From contig JBEKFP010000001.1 of the NCBI GenBank assembly GCA_050013255.1, positions 768,001 to 832,000 on the forward strand: a DNA stretch of 64,000 nucleotides. The letters run 5' to 3'. A program made the position numbers and the translations under genes. Below the pieces are notes generated by a model that searched no databases, was not told where the DNA came from, and saw nothing but the letters and a program-made list of their open reading frames with translations. The stretch's first letter is position 1, and each line of letters begins with the position of its first letter. Origin of the DNA: Candidatus Bathyarchaeia archaeon. GTDB lineage: Archaea > Thermoproteota > Bathyarchaeia > 40CM-2-53-6. Of the stretch, positions 47,721 to 58,318 are shown piece after piece.

Positions 47721-48560
47721 ATGCGAACAACTTCCGGGCTGAGGGCAACTTTTGGGGCCTTGGCCGCAATCTTCTGGAAGGGGATAAAGCACTACACAAG
47801 GTACCCGGGCGGATTTGTGATATACCTAATCATGCCATTCCTATTTACTATCCTAATCTTCGGCATGGGACAATTTGTGGGCGGCGGGAATGCCGCATCG
47901 AATTTCGCGGCTCGAACTGGGACAACTAACATTGTGGTCTACGAAATTCTTGGCAGCGCCGTCTGGATGACCAGCTGGGTGGTTGTGGAGGATGTCGGGG
48001 TAGCCTTACGCGATGAGCAAATGAAAGGGACATTGGAGCAAAACTTCTTGGCGCCAGTCAGTCGTTTCACTCTTTTAATCGGCATGAGCCTTACTGACAT
48101 TGTTATCACAACCGTCATCTTCATGATTGTTGTCGGCGCGACCGTTGCGATCGTTTTGCCCTCCGGCTTTCTGAACATCATACAAGCCTTTCTCACTTTA
48201 CTCATCGGTCTGGTTCCATTATTCGGGATCGGTTTTCTCTTCGCTGGGTTCGTGGTCAAATTCAAGGAACCATACGTGTTCACTCAGTTGATCAATCTCA
48301 TTTTCGCCACGTTGACCGGGACATACTATCCCGTGACCTTCCTACCCTACTGGGTTCAATTCATGTCAGGTGTGCTCCCACAGACCTATGTAATCGATGA
48401 TATGCGCCGCATTGTCTTAGCTAACCAGACGCTTGTGAGCCTCTACGGCAGTATCTTCGTACTCCTAAGCCTAGCACTAGTCTATCCTGTTCTTGGCTAC
48501 GCAGTTTTTAGGTATCTCGAGAAGAAGGCGAGTGTAACCGGTGAATTCTCAAAATACTAA
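47721..48560 (+). CDS. ABC-2 type permease
   Basis: 6 TM, 'GTLEQNFLAPV', 'YYPVTFLP'. Confidence 0.9.
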   Translation: MRTTSGLRATFGALAAIFWKGIKHYTRYPGGFVIYLIMPFLFTILIFGMGQFVGGGNAASNFAARTGTTNIVVYEILGSAVWMTSWVVVEDVGVALRDEQMKGTLEQNFLAPVSRFTLLIGMSLTDIVITTVIFMIVVGATVAIVLPSGFLNIIQAFLTLLIGLVPLFGIGFLFAGFVVKFKEPYVFTQLINLIFATLTGTYYPVTFLPYWVQFMSGVLPQTYVIDDMRRIVLANQTLVSLYGSIFVLLSLALVYPVLGYAVFRYLEKKASVTGEFSKY

Positions 48561-49371
48561 CTTCACCAAACGATTGTTTGAGGAATTCAAAGCCTCATTT
48601 CTGAAGGATCTTCGTTCCTACGTGCGCTACCCCGCTTGGGTTTTGGGCGAATTCATCAGCACCCCGCTTTGGTTCTTCTTCTTCGCTCTAGGCGTAACAT
48701 TATTCGCCCCTACTGCCACCTCGTCCTCTCGTAGCGGTGGTTTGGGCTTCTTCTTTTTCGGGTTCATTTTCATAATTCTATTCAGCACATCAGTCTGGGG
48801 CGTGGGTCAAAGCATTCGGAATGAGCAAACCGCGGGGACACTGGAACAATTCTTCCTCGCACCTGTAAACCGAGCAACACTTATCGTTGGTAGATGGGCA
48901 CGTGTCTTTCTAACTGACACACTCATAATCACCTACACAACGCTTCTACTCTACTTGTTTGGCGGCGGACTCGTAACGCTCCTCAATCCGGCCTCCTTTC
49001 TGTTCTCTTTGGGGTTGTATGAGGTAGCGCTAATCGGTTTCGGGTTATTCATAGCGGCGCTAACAATGCGCATCAAATCCTACAACACAATCTCCAACCT
49101 AGTATTCTTCGGCTACATGATCCTCACAGGCGCACTATTCCCCGTCACCGTTATCCCCATGCCGTTCCGTTATCTTTCACTGGCCATCCCCTTCACATAC
49201 TTCAACGACCTCATGCGCCACGCAGCGTTGGGAACTCCAACAATTTTCCCAAACGTCCTTGAATTCGTCGTCGCGGTCTTCCTGTCGATCTCGATGCTGC
49301 TGGTCGGCTTTTTCACATTCAACGAAATCGAGAAAGAAGCACGCTCTCGAGGCAGCATCGGCACAAGTTGA
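48541..49371 (+). CDS. ABC-2 type permease
   Basis: 6 TM, 'GTLEQFFLAPV', 'GALFPV'. Confidence 0.9.
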   Translation: MNSQNTNFTKRLFEEFKASFLKDLRSYVRYPAWVLGEFISTPLWFFFFALGVTLFAPTATSSSRSGGLGFFFFGFIFIILFSTSVWGVGQSIRNEQTAGTLEQFFLAPVNRATLIVGRWARVFLTDTLIITYTTLLLYLFGGGLVTLLNPASFLFSLGLYEVALIGFGLFIAALTMRIKSYNTISNLVFFGYMILTGALFPVTVIPMPFRYLSLAIPFTYFNDLMRHAALGTPTIFPNVLEFVVAVFLSISMLLVGFFTFNEIEKEARSRGSIGTS

Positions 49372-49487
49372 CTTGCACGTGGCCCAGGCGCTAATGCTCA
49401 AATGACGAACGTATGCGGAACAATGGGTTCTGGAAGCTTTAATGAATAGGATGCCATACTGAAGTTTTGATTGAAAGGCGCTTCTGA

Positions 49488-50528
49488 TTGGTGGCCACGC
49501 TCCGGCTCGGGTATTGGGCTGCGCAGGAACAGTACGACCCGGAACGCCTGTTGCAGTACGCGGTCCATGCTGAAGTTGTTGGCTTCGACATGATAGTCAC
49601 GAGTGATCATTTTCACCCGTGGAGCGACACCGGTGGCCAGGCGGGATTCCCATGGGTGTGGCTCGCATCCGCCGCAGAGAAAACTAGGAAGGTTGAATTG
49701 GGGACCGCTGTCACGACTCCCCTCTTTCGATACCACCCCGCATTAGTCGCGCAAGCCTTTGCAACGCTCGACAACCTCTACCCCGGAAGAATTTTCGTAA
49801 CCCTGGGCACCGGCCACTCCATGAACGAAACGCCGCTGGGTTTCAAGTGGCCGGGATTTGAGGAAAAAGTTGGAAGGCTGCAGGAAGCGCTTGAGATAAT
49901 CCAGAAACTCTGGACAGGCGACTTTCTTACTTACGAAGGGAAGTATTACCAACTCAACAAGGCCAAGCTCTACACGAAACCCAAGACCAAGATCCCAGTT
50001 TACTTGGCTACTTCAAATGAGCGAGTAGCCCGGCTCGCCGGCCAATTCAGCGATGGAATTCTCACCAACCCTAGGGGGTTGGACCGCTTCAAGAAGATCG
50101 TGAACGCCATGGAGAAAGCTGCCGCAAAAGTAGGCCGCGACCCAGCTAAGCTCAGTAAGAGCATGGAATTCAAGGTCGCCTACGACATCGATTATAACCG
50201 AGCCCTCAAATCCGCAATGTTCTGGGCGACCACTGCCATACCACGCGAAAAACGGGAGCACGTTTGGGACCCAAGGGAATTGCAGGCTCTCGTTGGTCCT
50301 GAGGAGGAAAGGAAAATCAAAGAGTCCTGGCTCATAACAACTGACTCCGACGACATCATCAAACGTCTAGGTGACTTTCTGAAAATGGGCTTCGACCGAG
50401 TTTACATCCACAGTGCCAGCCCCATCGAGGAACGATTCTTGAACCTGCTGGGACGCGAGATACTGCCGTGGATGAGGGAATACTATGAAAACCTGTTTCG
50501 CCCCGTTCGCACAGTAGCCGTAGAATAA
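49488..50528 (+). CDS. F420-dependent LLM-class oxidoreductase (Fgd/Adf family), second paralogue
   Basis: 'AQEQY', 'SDHFHPW', 'RYHPALVAQAFATL', 'GTGHSMNE'. Confidence 0.9.
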   Translation: MVATLRLGYWAAQEQYDPERLLQYAVHAEVVGFDMIVTSDHFHPWSDTGGQAGFPWVWLASAAEKTRKVELGTAVTTPLFRYHPALVAQAFATLDNLYPGRIFVTLGTGHSMNETPLGFKWPGFEEKVGRLQEALEIIQKLWTGDFLTYEGKYYQLNKAKLYTKPKTKIPVYLATSNERVARLAGQFSDGILTNPRGLDRFKKIVNAMEKAAAKVGRDPAKLSKSMEFKVAYDIDYNRALKSAMFWATTAIPREKREHVWDPRELQALVGPEEERKIKESWLITTDSDDIIKRLGDFLKMGFDRVYIHSASPIEERFLNLLGREILPWMREYYENLFRPVRTVAVE

Positions 50529-50646
50529 CTATGCCTCAGCGACCCGCCAAAGAGAAAGTTGCAAAATAATAATAATATTCGCAGGGTTTGTTGTAGGAAG
50601 GGTCACTGACACCAGAATTCTAAGGTGAACCGGACGACTCACCCAC

Positions 50647-51168
50647 TCAGTTAGCTACCCGCTTACCAACATGGGCTAATATGTCCTCATGCCCTCTCAC
50701 AATATCCTCTCTTCGCGTTTTCGTGAGGTCGATGAACATAAGCTCACTCCATGCCTCGTTTGCGGGCGTGTTGGCGCGTTCTCCCTGAAATATGAATTCG
50801 AGGTCCCAGTGGCGCATGGGGCCGTAAACTTCCGAGAAGACGAAGGGTCCTTCCAGGGGTTGGTCCGCGACACCTAACTGTTCTTTGAGGATTCTTTCGG
50901 CCACCTCCTTTGGTGACTCCCCTAGCATTAGAGCTGAGGAGGGCAGCATCCAACCCTTGCTGTGCCTCTCCACTCTCTCCAGATCGAGTGCGCCTATGTG
51001 ATCCCAGGGAGCCTTCTGGTTGATACGCCCCGCCAAAACCTCCTTTGGGCTTTTTGCCTTCGAGATGACTAGAAAAGCCGAGATGCAAAAACCCCCCTCT
51101 GGAATCTCGTTCATGCGCGGAGGAACCACATCGCGCCTAAAGTGAGCAAATCTTCTACTGGTCGTCAT
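50647..51168 (-). CDS. NUDIX-fold protein with a degenerate Nudix box
   Basis: 'WMLPSSALMLGESPKEVAERILKEQLG'. Confidence 0.7.
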   Translation of the reverse strand: MTTSRRFAHFRRDVVPPRMNEIPEGGFCISAFLVISKAKSPKEVLAGRINQKAPWDHIGALDLERVERHSKGWMLPSSALMLGESPKEVAERILKEQLGVADQPLEGPFVFSEVYGPMRHWDLEFIFQGERANTPANEAWSELMFIDLTKTRREDIVRGHEDILAHVGKRVAN

Positions 51169-51239
51169 GCGCCCTCGGAAAGCACATGCCTAATGTAAGC
51201 TCTTCTTCGAATGAGGCAGCAGTTTGAAGCAGGATTGCG

Positions 51240-51680
51240 GTGAAGACTCAGACGAGGTACTCAAGCATGACAACCGACATGAACAGGGATCTTATTACAA
51301 AATTTTTTGAACAGGTTTTGAACGGAAGGCGACTTTCTATTCTCGGTGATTTCATTTCGGGGGATTACATCGAGCACAGTCCAACCGACGGCCAAAAAGC
51401 TGGCTTAGAAGGCGTTCAGCAACACATCGAGGCCTTCTTCACCGCGTTCTCCAACACTCGGTACAACTTGGAGGATACTATCGCCGAAGGCAACAAGGTC
51501 GTGGCCAAATGGACTCTGACTGGGAAACACACCGGCAACTTCCTCGGCATAGCTCCCGCCGGGAAACCCATGAAAATGACAGGCATCGACATTTACTACA
51601 TTGAAGACGGGAGAATCAGTGAGCATTGGCACGAGTTCGACCTGTTCGGCCTAATGGCACAATTGACTCTAGGCAAATAA
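51240..51680 (+). CDS. SnoaL-like ester cyclase
   Basis: 'IAEGNKVV..WT..GKHTG.FLGIAP.GK...G....IEDGRI.EHW'. Confidence 0.9.
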   Translation: MKTQTRYSSMTTDMNRDLITKFFEQVLNGRRLSILGDFISGDYIEHSPTDGQKAGLEGVQQHIEAFFTAFSNTRYNLEDTIAEGNKVVAKWTLTGKHTGNFLGIAPAGKPMKMTGIDIYYIEDGRISEHWHEFDLFGLMAQLTLGK

Positions 51681-51713
51681 CTGCGTCAATTCCCGCAGCG
51701 GGGAAAGATTCTC

Positions 51714-52883
51714 TCAAGATGTGACGGAATGATGCCATCTGAGTATGTATTCAGGTAATCTTAGGCCGCGTTCAGCAACCTTCTCTACCAAGTATATTGG
51801 AAGCGGGCTAAGAGCGAAGGCGGCCTTCACGTAGAAACTGTTAGGCCTACCCTCACCACTATTGCCCTTTATAGTGAAGGACAGGTCGGAGGTTGCGGCT
51901 ATAGTGCTGTCCGGGTTTCCGACCACAGAGGCGACGAGGGCTCCCATCCGTTTGAAGTTCTTGCACCAGCCAGCCACTATCTCCGTCTCGCCGCTCTGTG
52001 AGATGACAATTAGAACGTCGCCAGCGCGTGGTGCGGGCGTATTGGATTCTCCAGCCACGTAAATCTGGTCGCCCATCGCCCGTTTTACGTGGCCAACCCG
52101 CACGGCCGTCATACGAGCGACCTCTCTACCGCTGCCCAGGCCAACAAAGAAACATGAATGTCTCTGTTCGAGGGCGTCTACAAGTGACTTAAAGAAATTT
52201 GAGGCGACAAACTCGTCTACAAGCGACCCTATTTCCGTAAACAGTTCTTTTGAACGGACTAGTACTCGGTCTGCCGGAGCGTTTTCGTATAGTGCTTCGG
52301 CAATGGATTGAAAGAGCACACCCGTGCCCAAAATAAACAAGTCCTCAAGAATCCCCGTCGTCCGAAATTCCTTGGATTCAGTGGGTTCCTCATCGGGCTC
52401 CCGTCCCTTTAGTAAGAGCACATTACCATACTTAGTCGCGAGTTTCCCGATGGGTGACTCACGGTCTGAAGTTATGGCGTCTATGCGGAAATCGCGTGGG
52501 TTTCCGTGCTGGGCAATATACATGGCCAAATGCTGGGCGTCAAGAAGCGGCATCAGCGACTTTCCGCTACCAGAGTTGATCAGCAAACAGACTTGTCCAA
52601 AACGCTGCCTCAGGATTGGTGCAGCTTCGATGAGGTTTCGTCCTGGGAACCCAATGTCTCCACGGTCGAGAACGAGTTTTCCGCCACGCATCTTAGCCAT
52701 TTCACTGCAAGCAATGCTGAGCGCGCCCTTGGATCGTCCTTCGCCTGATGGGAGAATTACTGCGGCACCCATAATATCGTGGTATATTGCTTCGATTTCT
52801 GTCCGGCTTGCTTGGTCCAGGTTTTGGAATATCCGGTTTACGAAGGTGACAGTGCTGATTTCGCTTGGCATTTCACTTTTCAC
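51714..52883 (-). CDS. Tandem SIS-domain protein (3-hexulose-6-phosphate isomerase-like duplication)
   Basis: Two SIS repeats: 'GEGRS..INSGSGKS' and 'GLGSG..GESNTP..GDVLIVISQSGET'. Confidence 0.75.
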   Translation of the reverse strand: MKSEMPSEISTVTFVNRIFQNLDQASRTEIEAIYHDIMGAAVILPSGEGRSKGALSIACSEMAKMRGGKLVLDRGDIGFPGRNLIEAAPILRQRFGQVCLLINSGSGKSLMPLLDAQHLAMYIAQHGNPRDFRIDAITSDRESPIGKLATKYGNVLLLKGREPDEEPTESKEFRTTGILEDLFILGTGVLFQSIAEALYENAPADRVLVRSKELFTEIGSLVDEFVASNFFKSLVDALEQRHSCFFVGLGSGREVARMTAVRVGHVKRAMGDQIYVAGESNTPAPRAGDVLIVISQSGETEIVAGWCKNFKRMGALVASVVGNPDSTIAATSDLSFTIKGNSGEGRPNSFYVKAAFALSPLPIYLVEKVAERGLRLPEYILRWHHSVTS

Positions 52884-53139
52884 AGCGCACTCTGTGGCGT
52901 CGTTTCAACCTTGATATGAATCTCAAATAAGTGGTTTCGCGTTGAAAGTGAGTGATGGGGAGCCTAAGATTGTATGCATAATTCGAGCAACCTAGAATCG
53001 AATATACTACCTCTACTTTTGCTCGAAAAGCTTCTTTTTCAGCCAAGAGAACTATGCTGACCTCTTAAGTAGGTTGAAACGCAGTGGCCGGTTTGAGGTT
53101 CGCCTGATCTTGGCCACGCTAGAGCAGCAACAAGAGCGG

Positions 53140-53667
53140 ATGGCCTCGACTGAAAATTGGCAAACCCAGCTAAGGGAACTTTTGAGCTCGTGTTCGCCAG
53201 AAGCAAGGCTTGCAATAGTCGGCGTTGGTCACCCAATGCGCGGAGACGATTATGTTGGCAGCTACACCGTAAAGGCCATCATGGATGCAACAGACGGAAC
53301 ATTGCCTGAGGGATCATATCTCTTCGACGCAGAAGATTCGGTGGAAGCGCTCATTGGAACTCTCGCCAAGCTCGGCCTAAAGCATGTGATATTCATCGAC
53401 GCCTGCGAGATGGGGATGCCCCCTGGGGAAACAACCCTGCTGTCTGTCGCAGAGACAAGTTATCCGTTCTTCACAACACATGGCATCCCGCTGAAAGTTC
53501 TGGCAGAGCGATTGCTCTCTGAGAGCAAAGTCTGGGTTCTAGCAATTCAACCCAAACAGACAGGGTTTGATGTGAGCCTGTCCAAGGAGATTCAACACGC
53601 AGCCACGAACGTTTCTGAGTTAATCACGAGAGGTTTGGTTGAGGGAGGCGAATCGATTGCTCGTTAG
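53140..53667 (+). CDS. Hydrogenase maturation endopeptidase (HycI-like)
   Basis: 'VGVGHPMRGDDYVG', 'FIDA', 'TTHGIPL', 'AIQP'. Confidence 0.88.
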   Translation: MASTENWQTQLRELLSSCSPEARLAIVGVGHPMRGDDYVGSYTVKAIMDATDGTLPEGSYLFDAEDSVEALIGTLAKLGLKHVIFIDACEMGMPPGETTLLSVAETSYPFFTTHGIPLKVLAERLLSESKVWVLAIQPKQTGFDVSLSKEIQHAATNVSELITRGLVEGGESIAR

Positions 53668-54004
53668 CCTTGACCTTGCTACGGTCATTTTGTCGGTCGT
53701 AGTCTTCGTGCTGATCTTCTACTTTGTTGCGGGAAAGCTAGGTAAGGTTAGCACGGGCACCGGACCGAAATATGATGCCTTTGCAGGGGGAGAAGAACTT
53801 CCACCCGAGCGTGGAAAATACCACTCCGAGCTCTTCGTTTACGCGGCGCTCTTCGTGGCATTCGAAGTAATCGGGTTACTTCTCGCTAGTTCGATCGCTG
53901 CACGCGGATTCCTCTGGCCGCTCCTATTTACTTTGGCGGGAGGTTTCTCACTTTTCGTTTTGATGCTTTGGTTCGTGGGAACTGGAGGCGCTGAGCTTGC
54001 TTGA
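53657..54004 (+). CDS. Hydrogenase membrane subunit, NuoA-like
   Basis: 3 TM, 'KYDAFAGGE', 'YAALFVAFE'. Confidence 0.8.
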   Translation: MLVSLDLATVILSVVVFVLIFYFVAGKLGKVSTGTGPKYDAFAGGEELPPERGKYHSELFVYAALFVAFEVIGLLLASSIAARGFLWPLLFTLAGGFSLFVLMLWFVGTGGAELA

Positions 54005-54419
54005 ACAAATGGCAAAATGGGCGAGGAAACGTTCCCCTTGGGTCTACCACATAAATGCCTCCTCATGCAACGGATGCGACATCGAACTTGTCGCTAGCCT
54101 CACACCACGCTACGACATTGAAAGGTTCGGAGCCGTCTTGGTACCGAGCCCTAGGCATGCAGACGTTCTCATGGTTACAGGAACGGTAAACGCGCAGACC
54201 AAAGATAGATTGAAGCGAGTCTACGAACAAATACCAGAACCGAAACATGTGATTGCCATAGGAGCCTGCGCGGCCGCGGGTGGCGTATTCAAAGGCTGCT
54301 ACAATGTCGGCCAAGGAGTTCAAGATGTCATACCGGTCGACATGTTCATCCCTGGTTGCCCACCCCGCCCTGAGGCGATTATGTATGGAGTCCTGAAACT
54401 TTTGGGGGAAGTGAAATGA
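53997..54419 (+). CDS. Group 4 [NiFe]-hydrogenase small subunit (NuoB-like)
   Basis: 'SCNGCDIE', 'SPRHAD', 'GACA', 'IPGCPPRPE'. Confidence 0.93.
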   Translation: MLEQMAKWARKRSPWVYHINASSCNGCDIELVASLTPRYDIERFGAVLVPSPRHADVLMVTGTVNAQTKDRLKRVYEQIPEPKHVIAIGACAAAGGVFKGCYNVGQGVQDVIPVDMFIPGCPPRPEAIMYGVLKLLGEVK

Positions 54420-54898
54420 GCGAAGTTTTGCTTCAACAGCTCAAGAAACACGCCGAGAACGCTAATGGCAAGTTTACGGTTCTGAGGAAAGGCGAGGTCG
54501 CTGTTGAAGTCGACCAGGGGAAGATCAAAGGTTTCATCTCGAATCTAGTTAACGACCTGCACGTTAGCCATCTCTCAACAATGACAGGCCTCGACCTCGG
54601 CCAAAACATTGGAATCATCTACCACTTCTCCAGGGACAAGGATATGATTGACCTGAAAACATTCGTCCCGAAGACCCAGCCAACCGCCGTTTCGATAGTG
54701 GACATTATCCCAGGCGCAATCCTCTACGAGATGGAAATTCACGATATGTTCGGAGCCAACTTCGAAGGCAATCCATGGATGGACAGGAAACTGCTCCTCC
54801 CAGACACTTGGCCAGCGGACCTGCCACCGCCGCTTCTGAAAAGCTCGAAACCTGCTGAGATCCGCAAGAGACTGCATTTGGAGGTTGAAAGCAAATGA
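54416..54898 (+). CDS. Hydrogenase NuoC-like subunit
   Basis: 'HLSTMTGLD', 'YEMEIHDMFG..F.G.P...LLLPD.WP'. Confidence 0.9.
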   Translation: MSEVLLQQLKKHAENANGKFTVLRKGEVAVEVDQGKIKGFISNLVNDLHVSHLSTMTGLDLGQNIGIIYHFSRDKDMIDLKTFVPKTQPTAVSIVDIIPGAILYEMEIHDMFGANFEGNPWMDRKLLLPDTWPADLPPPLLKSSKPAEIRKRLHLEVESK

Positions 54899-56139
54899 GC
54901 GCTGAGCCCACACAACCCAAGCAAAGGGAAGAATCTGCCGGGCTGATGAAATACTCAGCGGAAAACCTTGTTCCATTTGGGCCTATTCATCCTGCGCTGA
55001 AAGAGCCTGAATACTTCAAGCTGATTCTCGAGGGTGAAAGAATCGTACAGGTCATACCGAGAATCGGGTACGTTCACAGAGGGCTGGAGAAAGCTGCTGA
55101 AACGCGGCCTTGGGTGCAAAACATGTATATGTTCGAGAGGACCTGCGGCATCTGCAGCTTCGTTCACAGCCTAGCCTATGGCCAAGCCGTGGAAGGCCTA
55201 ACAATCTACGAAGTCCCGCGACGAGCCAAATTCATCCGGCTGATTATAGCGGAGATGGAAAGGATCCACAGCCATCTGCTCTGGGTCGGCCTAATGGGCC
55301 ACTGGGCAGGGTTCGAAACGTTATTCATGTGGGTGTGGCGCGACCGTGAGGTGGTCCTCGACTTAGTGGAAGCTATCTCAGGCAATCGAATTCACAAATC
55401 AATGAACGCCTTCGTAGGCGTCAGGCGTGACATGCCCGAAGGCATGGAAGATAGAATCGTCGAGCGCATGAAATTCCTCGTAGACCGGGCGCGGTATTAC
55501 AAGGAGATTATTGACACTGAAGAAACGATGCTGGAACGAACAGAGAAAGTTGGAAAGCTAAGCCAGGACACAGCGGAAAAACTGTGCGTGGTCGGCCCGA
55601 TGGCCCGTTACGTAGGGCTACAAAAAGATGTTCGGTTGAACGACCCCTACGCGGCCTACGATGAAGTGCCCTTCGACATAATCATCAGAAACGAAGCCGA
55701 CGTCCACGCACTCCTCCAGCTACGCCTAGACGAACTCGTAGCCTCAGCAAACATGATCAGCTACGCCGTTCAGCATCTACCGGATGGTCCAATTAGAGTC
55801 AAGATTCCACCCATAATTCCAGCAGGCGAACATTCAACACATTGCGAAGCCCCAAGGGGCGAGATTTTCTATTACGTCAAGTCCGGCGGTGGAAGAACCC
55901 CCGAACGCGTTAAAGTCAGGACTCCTACCCTAGCTAACCTCCCTGCAGCTCTAGAGATTCTGAAGGGGCAGACAATCGCAGACGTACCAATAGTTCTCAC
56001 AGCAATCGACCCCTGTTTCGGCTGCATGGACAGGATGTCTTTCTTAGACACTGAGACGAACCGCCAGTGGACATGGTCAGGTGAGGAACTCAGACAATAC
56101 GGGATCAATCATTACTTCCCCGAGAGGGCCAAGAAGTGA
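54895..56139 (+). CDS. Group 4 [NiFe]-hydrogenase large subunit
   Basis: L1 'ERTCGICS', L2 'DPCFGCMDR' followed by a cleavable C-terminal extension. Confidence 0.93.
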   Translation: MSAEPTQPKQREESAGLMKYSAENLVPFGPIHPALKEPEYFKLILEGERIVQVIPRIGYVHRGLEKAAETRPWVQNMYMFERTCGICSFVHSLAYGQAVEGLTIYEVPRRAKFIRLIIAEMERIHSHLLWVGLMGHWAGFETLFMWVWRDREVVLDLVEAISGNRIHKSMNAFVGVRRDMPEGMEDRIVERMKFLVDRARYYKEIIDTEETMLERTEKVGKLSQDTAEKLCVVGPMARYVGLQKDVRLNDPYAAYDEVPFDIIIRNEADVHALLQLRLDELVASANMISYAVQHLPDGPIRVKIPPIIPAGEHSTHCEAPRGEIFYYVKSGGGRTPERVKVRTPTLANLPAALEILKGQTIADVPIVLTAIDPCFGCMDRMSFLDTETNRQWTWSGEELRQYGINHYFPERAKK

Positions 56140-57125
56140 CTGCCACAGAAATCTTAGAGGCCATAATATTTCCAGGCGTACTTTTCACGATAGCAATGGG
56201 CTTTATTTTCGACTGGCTTGACAGAAAAACCGCAGCCCGTATGCAAGGCCGAATAGGCCCAAAGATCACGGGGCCATCCGGAATACTTCAGCCGCTCGCC
56301 GACTTTCTGAAGCTTCTCTTCAAGGAGGAAATAATCCCCTCCCACGCGGATAAGGTGATTTTCCTATTCGCCCCAGCATTGTACTTTCTCGCGCCTTTGC
56401 TTTCGATGCTGTTCATTCCGATAATTGCGTTGACACCGACTGCAGGCTTCGATTTTGATCTGCTCGTCATACTGTTCCTGTTGGCCTTTGCAGCGTTCGT
56501 AGTCGCGGTTCTCAGCTATTCTTCCGCCAGCAGCTTTACCACGATAGCCACGGGAAGGCTGGTTCTTCAGTACGTGAGCTATGAAATCCCATTGGTCCTA
56601 GCCATAGTTACCGCCGCAATCTACTCGCGAAGCCTATCCGTGGAGGGAATCGTGACATCTCAAACCGGGCTCTGGAATGTTTTCGTGATGCCATTCGCCT
56701 TCGGAGTGTACGTCATAGCCCTAATGGCGGAGCTTGAGAAGCCCCCCTTCGATATTCCCAGCGCCAAGACAGAAATCGTGGCCGGCTGGCTCACAGAATT
56801 CTCCGGGCGCGCACTTGCGTTCCTCAAACTCACGAAGGAGGTAGGTTACGTATTCGGTTCTGCACTTGCGGTGTCGCTTTTTCTCGGCGGGCCCCTTGGC
56901 CCACAGATGGGGGCCTCCGTTCCAGCCCCGTTCCAATATTTCATCTATTTCATGGTTAAACTTCTGGCAGTTGGATTCTTGATATTCGTCCTGAAAACTG
57001 CGTTAGCCCGCGTGAAAATCGCGCAAGCGACCGAACTCTTCTGGAAGGTACTAACGCCTGTCAGCCTTGCGCAGCTCGCACTAGTTCTGGTTCTAATTCA
57101 GGGAGGGGTTCCTCTTGCCGCGTAG
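56136..57125 (+). CDS. Hydrogenase membrane subunit, NuoH-like
   Basis: 'RK..ARMQGRIGP', 'QPLADFLKL..KE', 'SYE', 'PFD'. Confidence 0.92.
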   Translation: MTATEILEAIIFPGVLFTIAMGFIFDWLDRKTAARMQGRIGPKITGPSGILQPLADFLKLLFKEEIIPSHADKVIFLFAPALYFLAPLLSMLFIPIIALTPTAGFDFDLLVILFLLAFAAFVVAVLSYSSASSFTTIATGRLVLQYVSYEIPLVLAIVTAAIYSRSLSVEGIVTSQTGLWNVFVMPFAFGVYVIALMAELEKPPFDIPSAKTEIVAGWLTEFSGRALAFLKLTKEVGYVFGSALAVSLFLGGPLGPQMGASVPAPFQYFIYFMVKLLAVGFLIFVLKTALARVKIAQATELFWKVLTPVSLAQLALVLVLIQGGVPLAA

Positions 57126-57504
57126 AAGAGCAGGTGCCGCCATACCTGAAATGTTCCGCACGCTGATTGAGAAACCAAGTACGCAAGTCTACCCATACGA
57201 GAAAGTGAACCTGCCGCAACGGTTCCGTGGCAAGCTGGACATAGACCCAGCCAAATGCACGGGCTGCCAAGTCTGCGCATTGGTCTGCCCTGCCAGTGTT
57301 ATCACGATGGTTGACTTTGGGACCCGCAAGGTTGGCGACCGCGTACTTCCGGTCAAACGACCAGTGTTCGATCTGGCCACTTGCATTTTCTGCGGTGAAT
57401 GCGTCGACAACTGCGCTTTCAACGCGCTTGAGATGACTAAGCAGTTCGAGTTAGCTACGCCGCACAAGGAAGACTTGGTGATGAGGAAGGCTCTGGCAAG
57501 ATGA
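57115..57504 (+). CDS. 2x[4Fe-4S] subunit, NuoI-like
   Basis: 'CTGCQVCALVCP' and 'CIFCGECVDNC'. Confidence 0.92.
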   Translation: MPRRRAGAAIPEMFRTLIEKPSTQVYPYEKVNLPQRFRGKLDIDPAKCTGCQVCALVCPASVITMVDFGTRKVGDRVLPVKRPVFDLATCIFCGECVDNCAFNALEMTKQFELATPHKEDLVMRKALAR

Positions 57505-58013
57505 GTTTTGACGTAACATTCCTTCTGGGGACAATGTTGGTCGGCGTCACCATCGTTGCCTTAATGGTGCGCAAATTGGTTTGGTCTCTAATCCTGCTCT
57601 TTTACTCTAGCATAGTCTTCGGCCTACTACTCATAAGCTATGGCGCAACCTTCGCAGGCCTATTCCACATCATAACCTTCGCTGGGGCCGTCTCAGTCCT
57701 CTTCATGGTCATACTGATGATTGTGGGAGGGCAAGCACTCAGCGACAAAATTGGAAAAGAAAACCTCACAGGAATGATACTCGCGGTTCTCGCTGCGATA
57801 CCCCTCGTCATCATAGTCTCGAACTTCCAACCATTCCCGGTCAGGTTGGATGAGCGAACTCAACTCATGGGCCTAGCGAGTCAACCTAACAACCCACTCA
57901 GTTTTCTATGGGCCCTACGATCCTGGGATCTGTTGCTAGTCGTGATCCTCGTAGCCGCCGCTATGCTTGGCGTGATGAACCTGTTCTCCCGAGAAGGAGG
58001 CCCAGAGAAATGA
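57501..58013 (+). CDS. Membrane subunit, NuoJ-like
   Basis: 'FAGAVSVLF'; 5 TM. Confidence 0.85.
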   Translation: MSFDVTFLLGTMLVGVTIVALMVRKLVWSLILLFYSSIVFGLLLISYGATFAGLFHIITFAGAVSVLFMVILMIVGGQALSDKIGKENLTGMILAVLAAIPLVIIVSNFQPFPVRLDERTQLMGLASQPNNPLSFLWALRSWDLLLVVILVAAAMLGVMNLFSREGGPEK

Positions 58014-58318
58014 ACGAGCAGCAGCTCCTACAAGTCTTCGCAGCCCTACTCTTCGTTTCAGGGTTCGGAACAATTGCCACCACGAAGAACCTTGTCAAAA
58101 TGATCATGGGCTTCCAGGTTATGATTTGGGGAGTCAACCTTGCGCTCTTCGCTGGGGGCCTAGTTAACGGCCAAATTACACTATTCTCGACCTCGCTCGT
58201 GATAATTTCAATCTCTATCGGCGCAAGTGTTGAAGCCCTAGCGCTGTCCCTCGTCATTCTAGTCTTCCGAAGGTACGGTACCCTTAACCCATGGGAAATT
58301 AGGAGGCTCGCGCACTGA
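58010..58318 (+). CDS. Membrane subunit, NuoK-like
   Basis: 'KNLVKMIMG', 'ASVEALAL', 'YGTLN'; ATGA overlap. Confidence 0.85.
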   Translation: MNEQQLLQVFAALLFVSGFGTIATTKNLVKMIMGFQVMIWGVNLALFAGGLVNGQITLFSTSLVIISISIGASVEALALSLVILVFRRYGTLNPWEIRRLAH

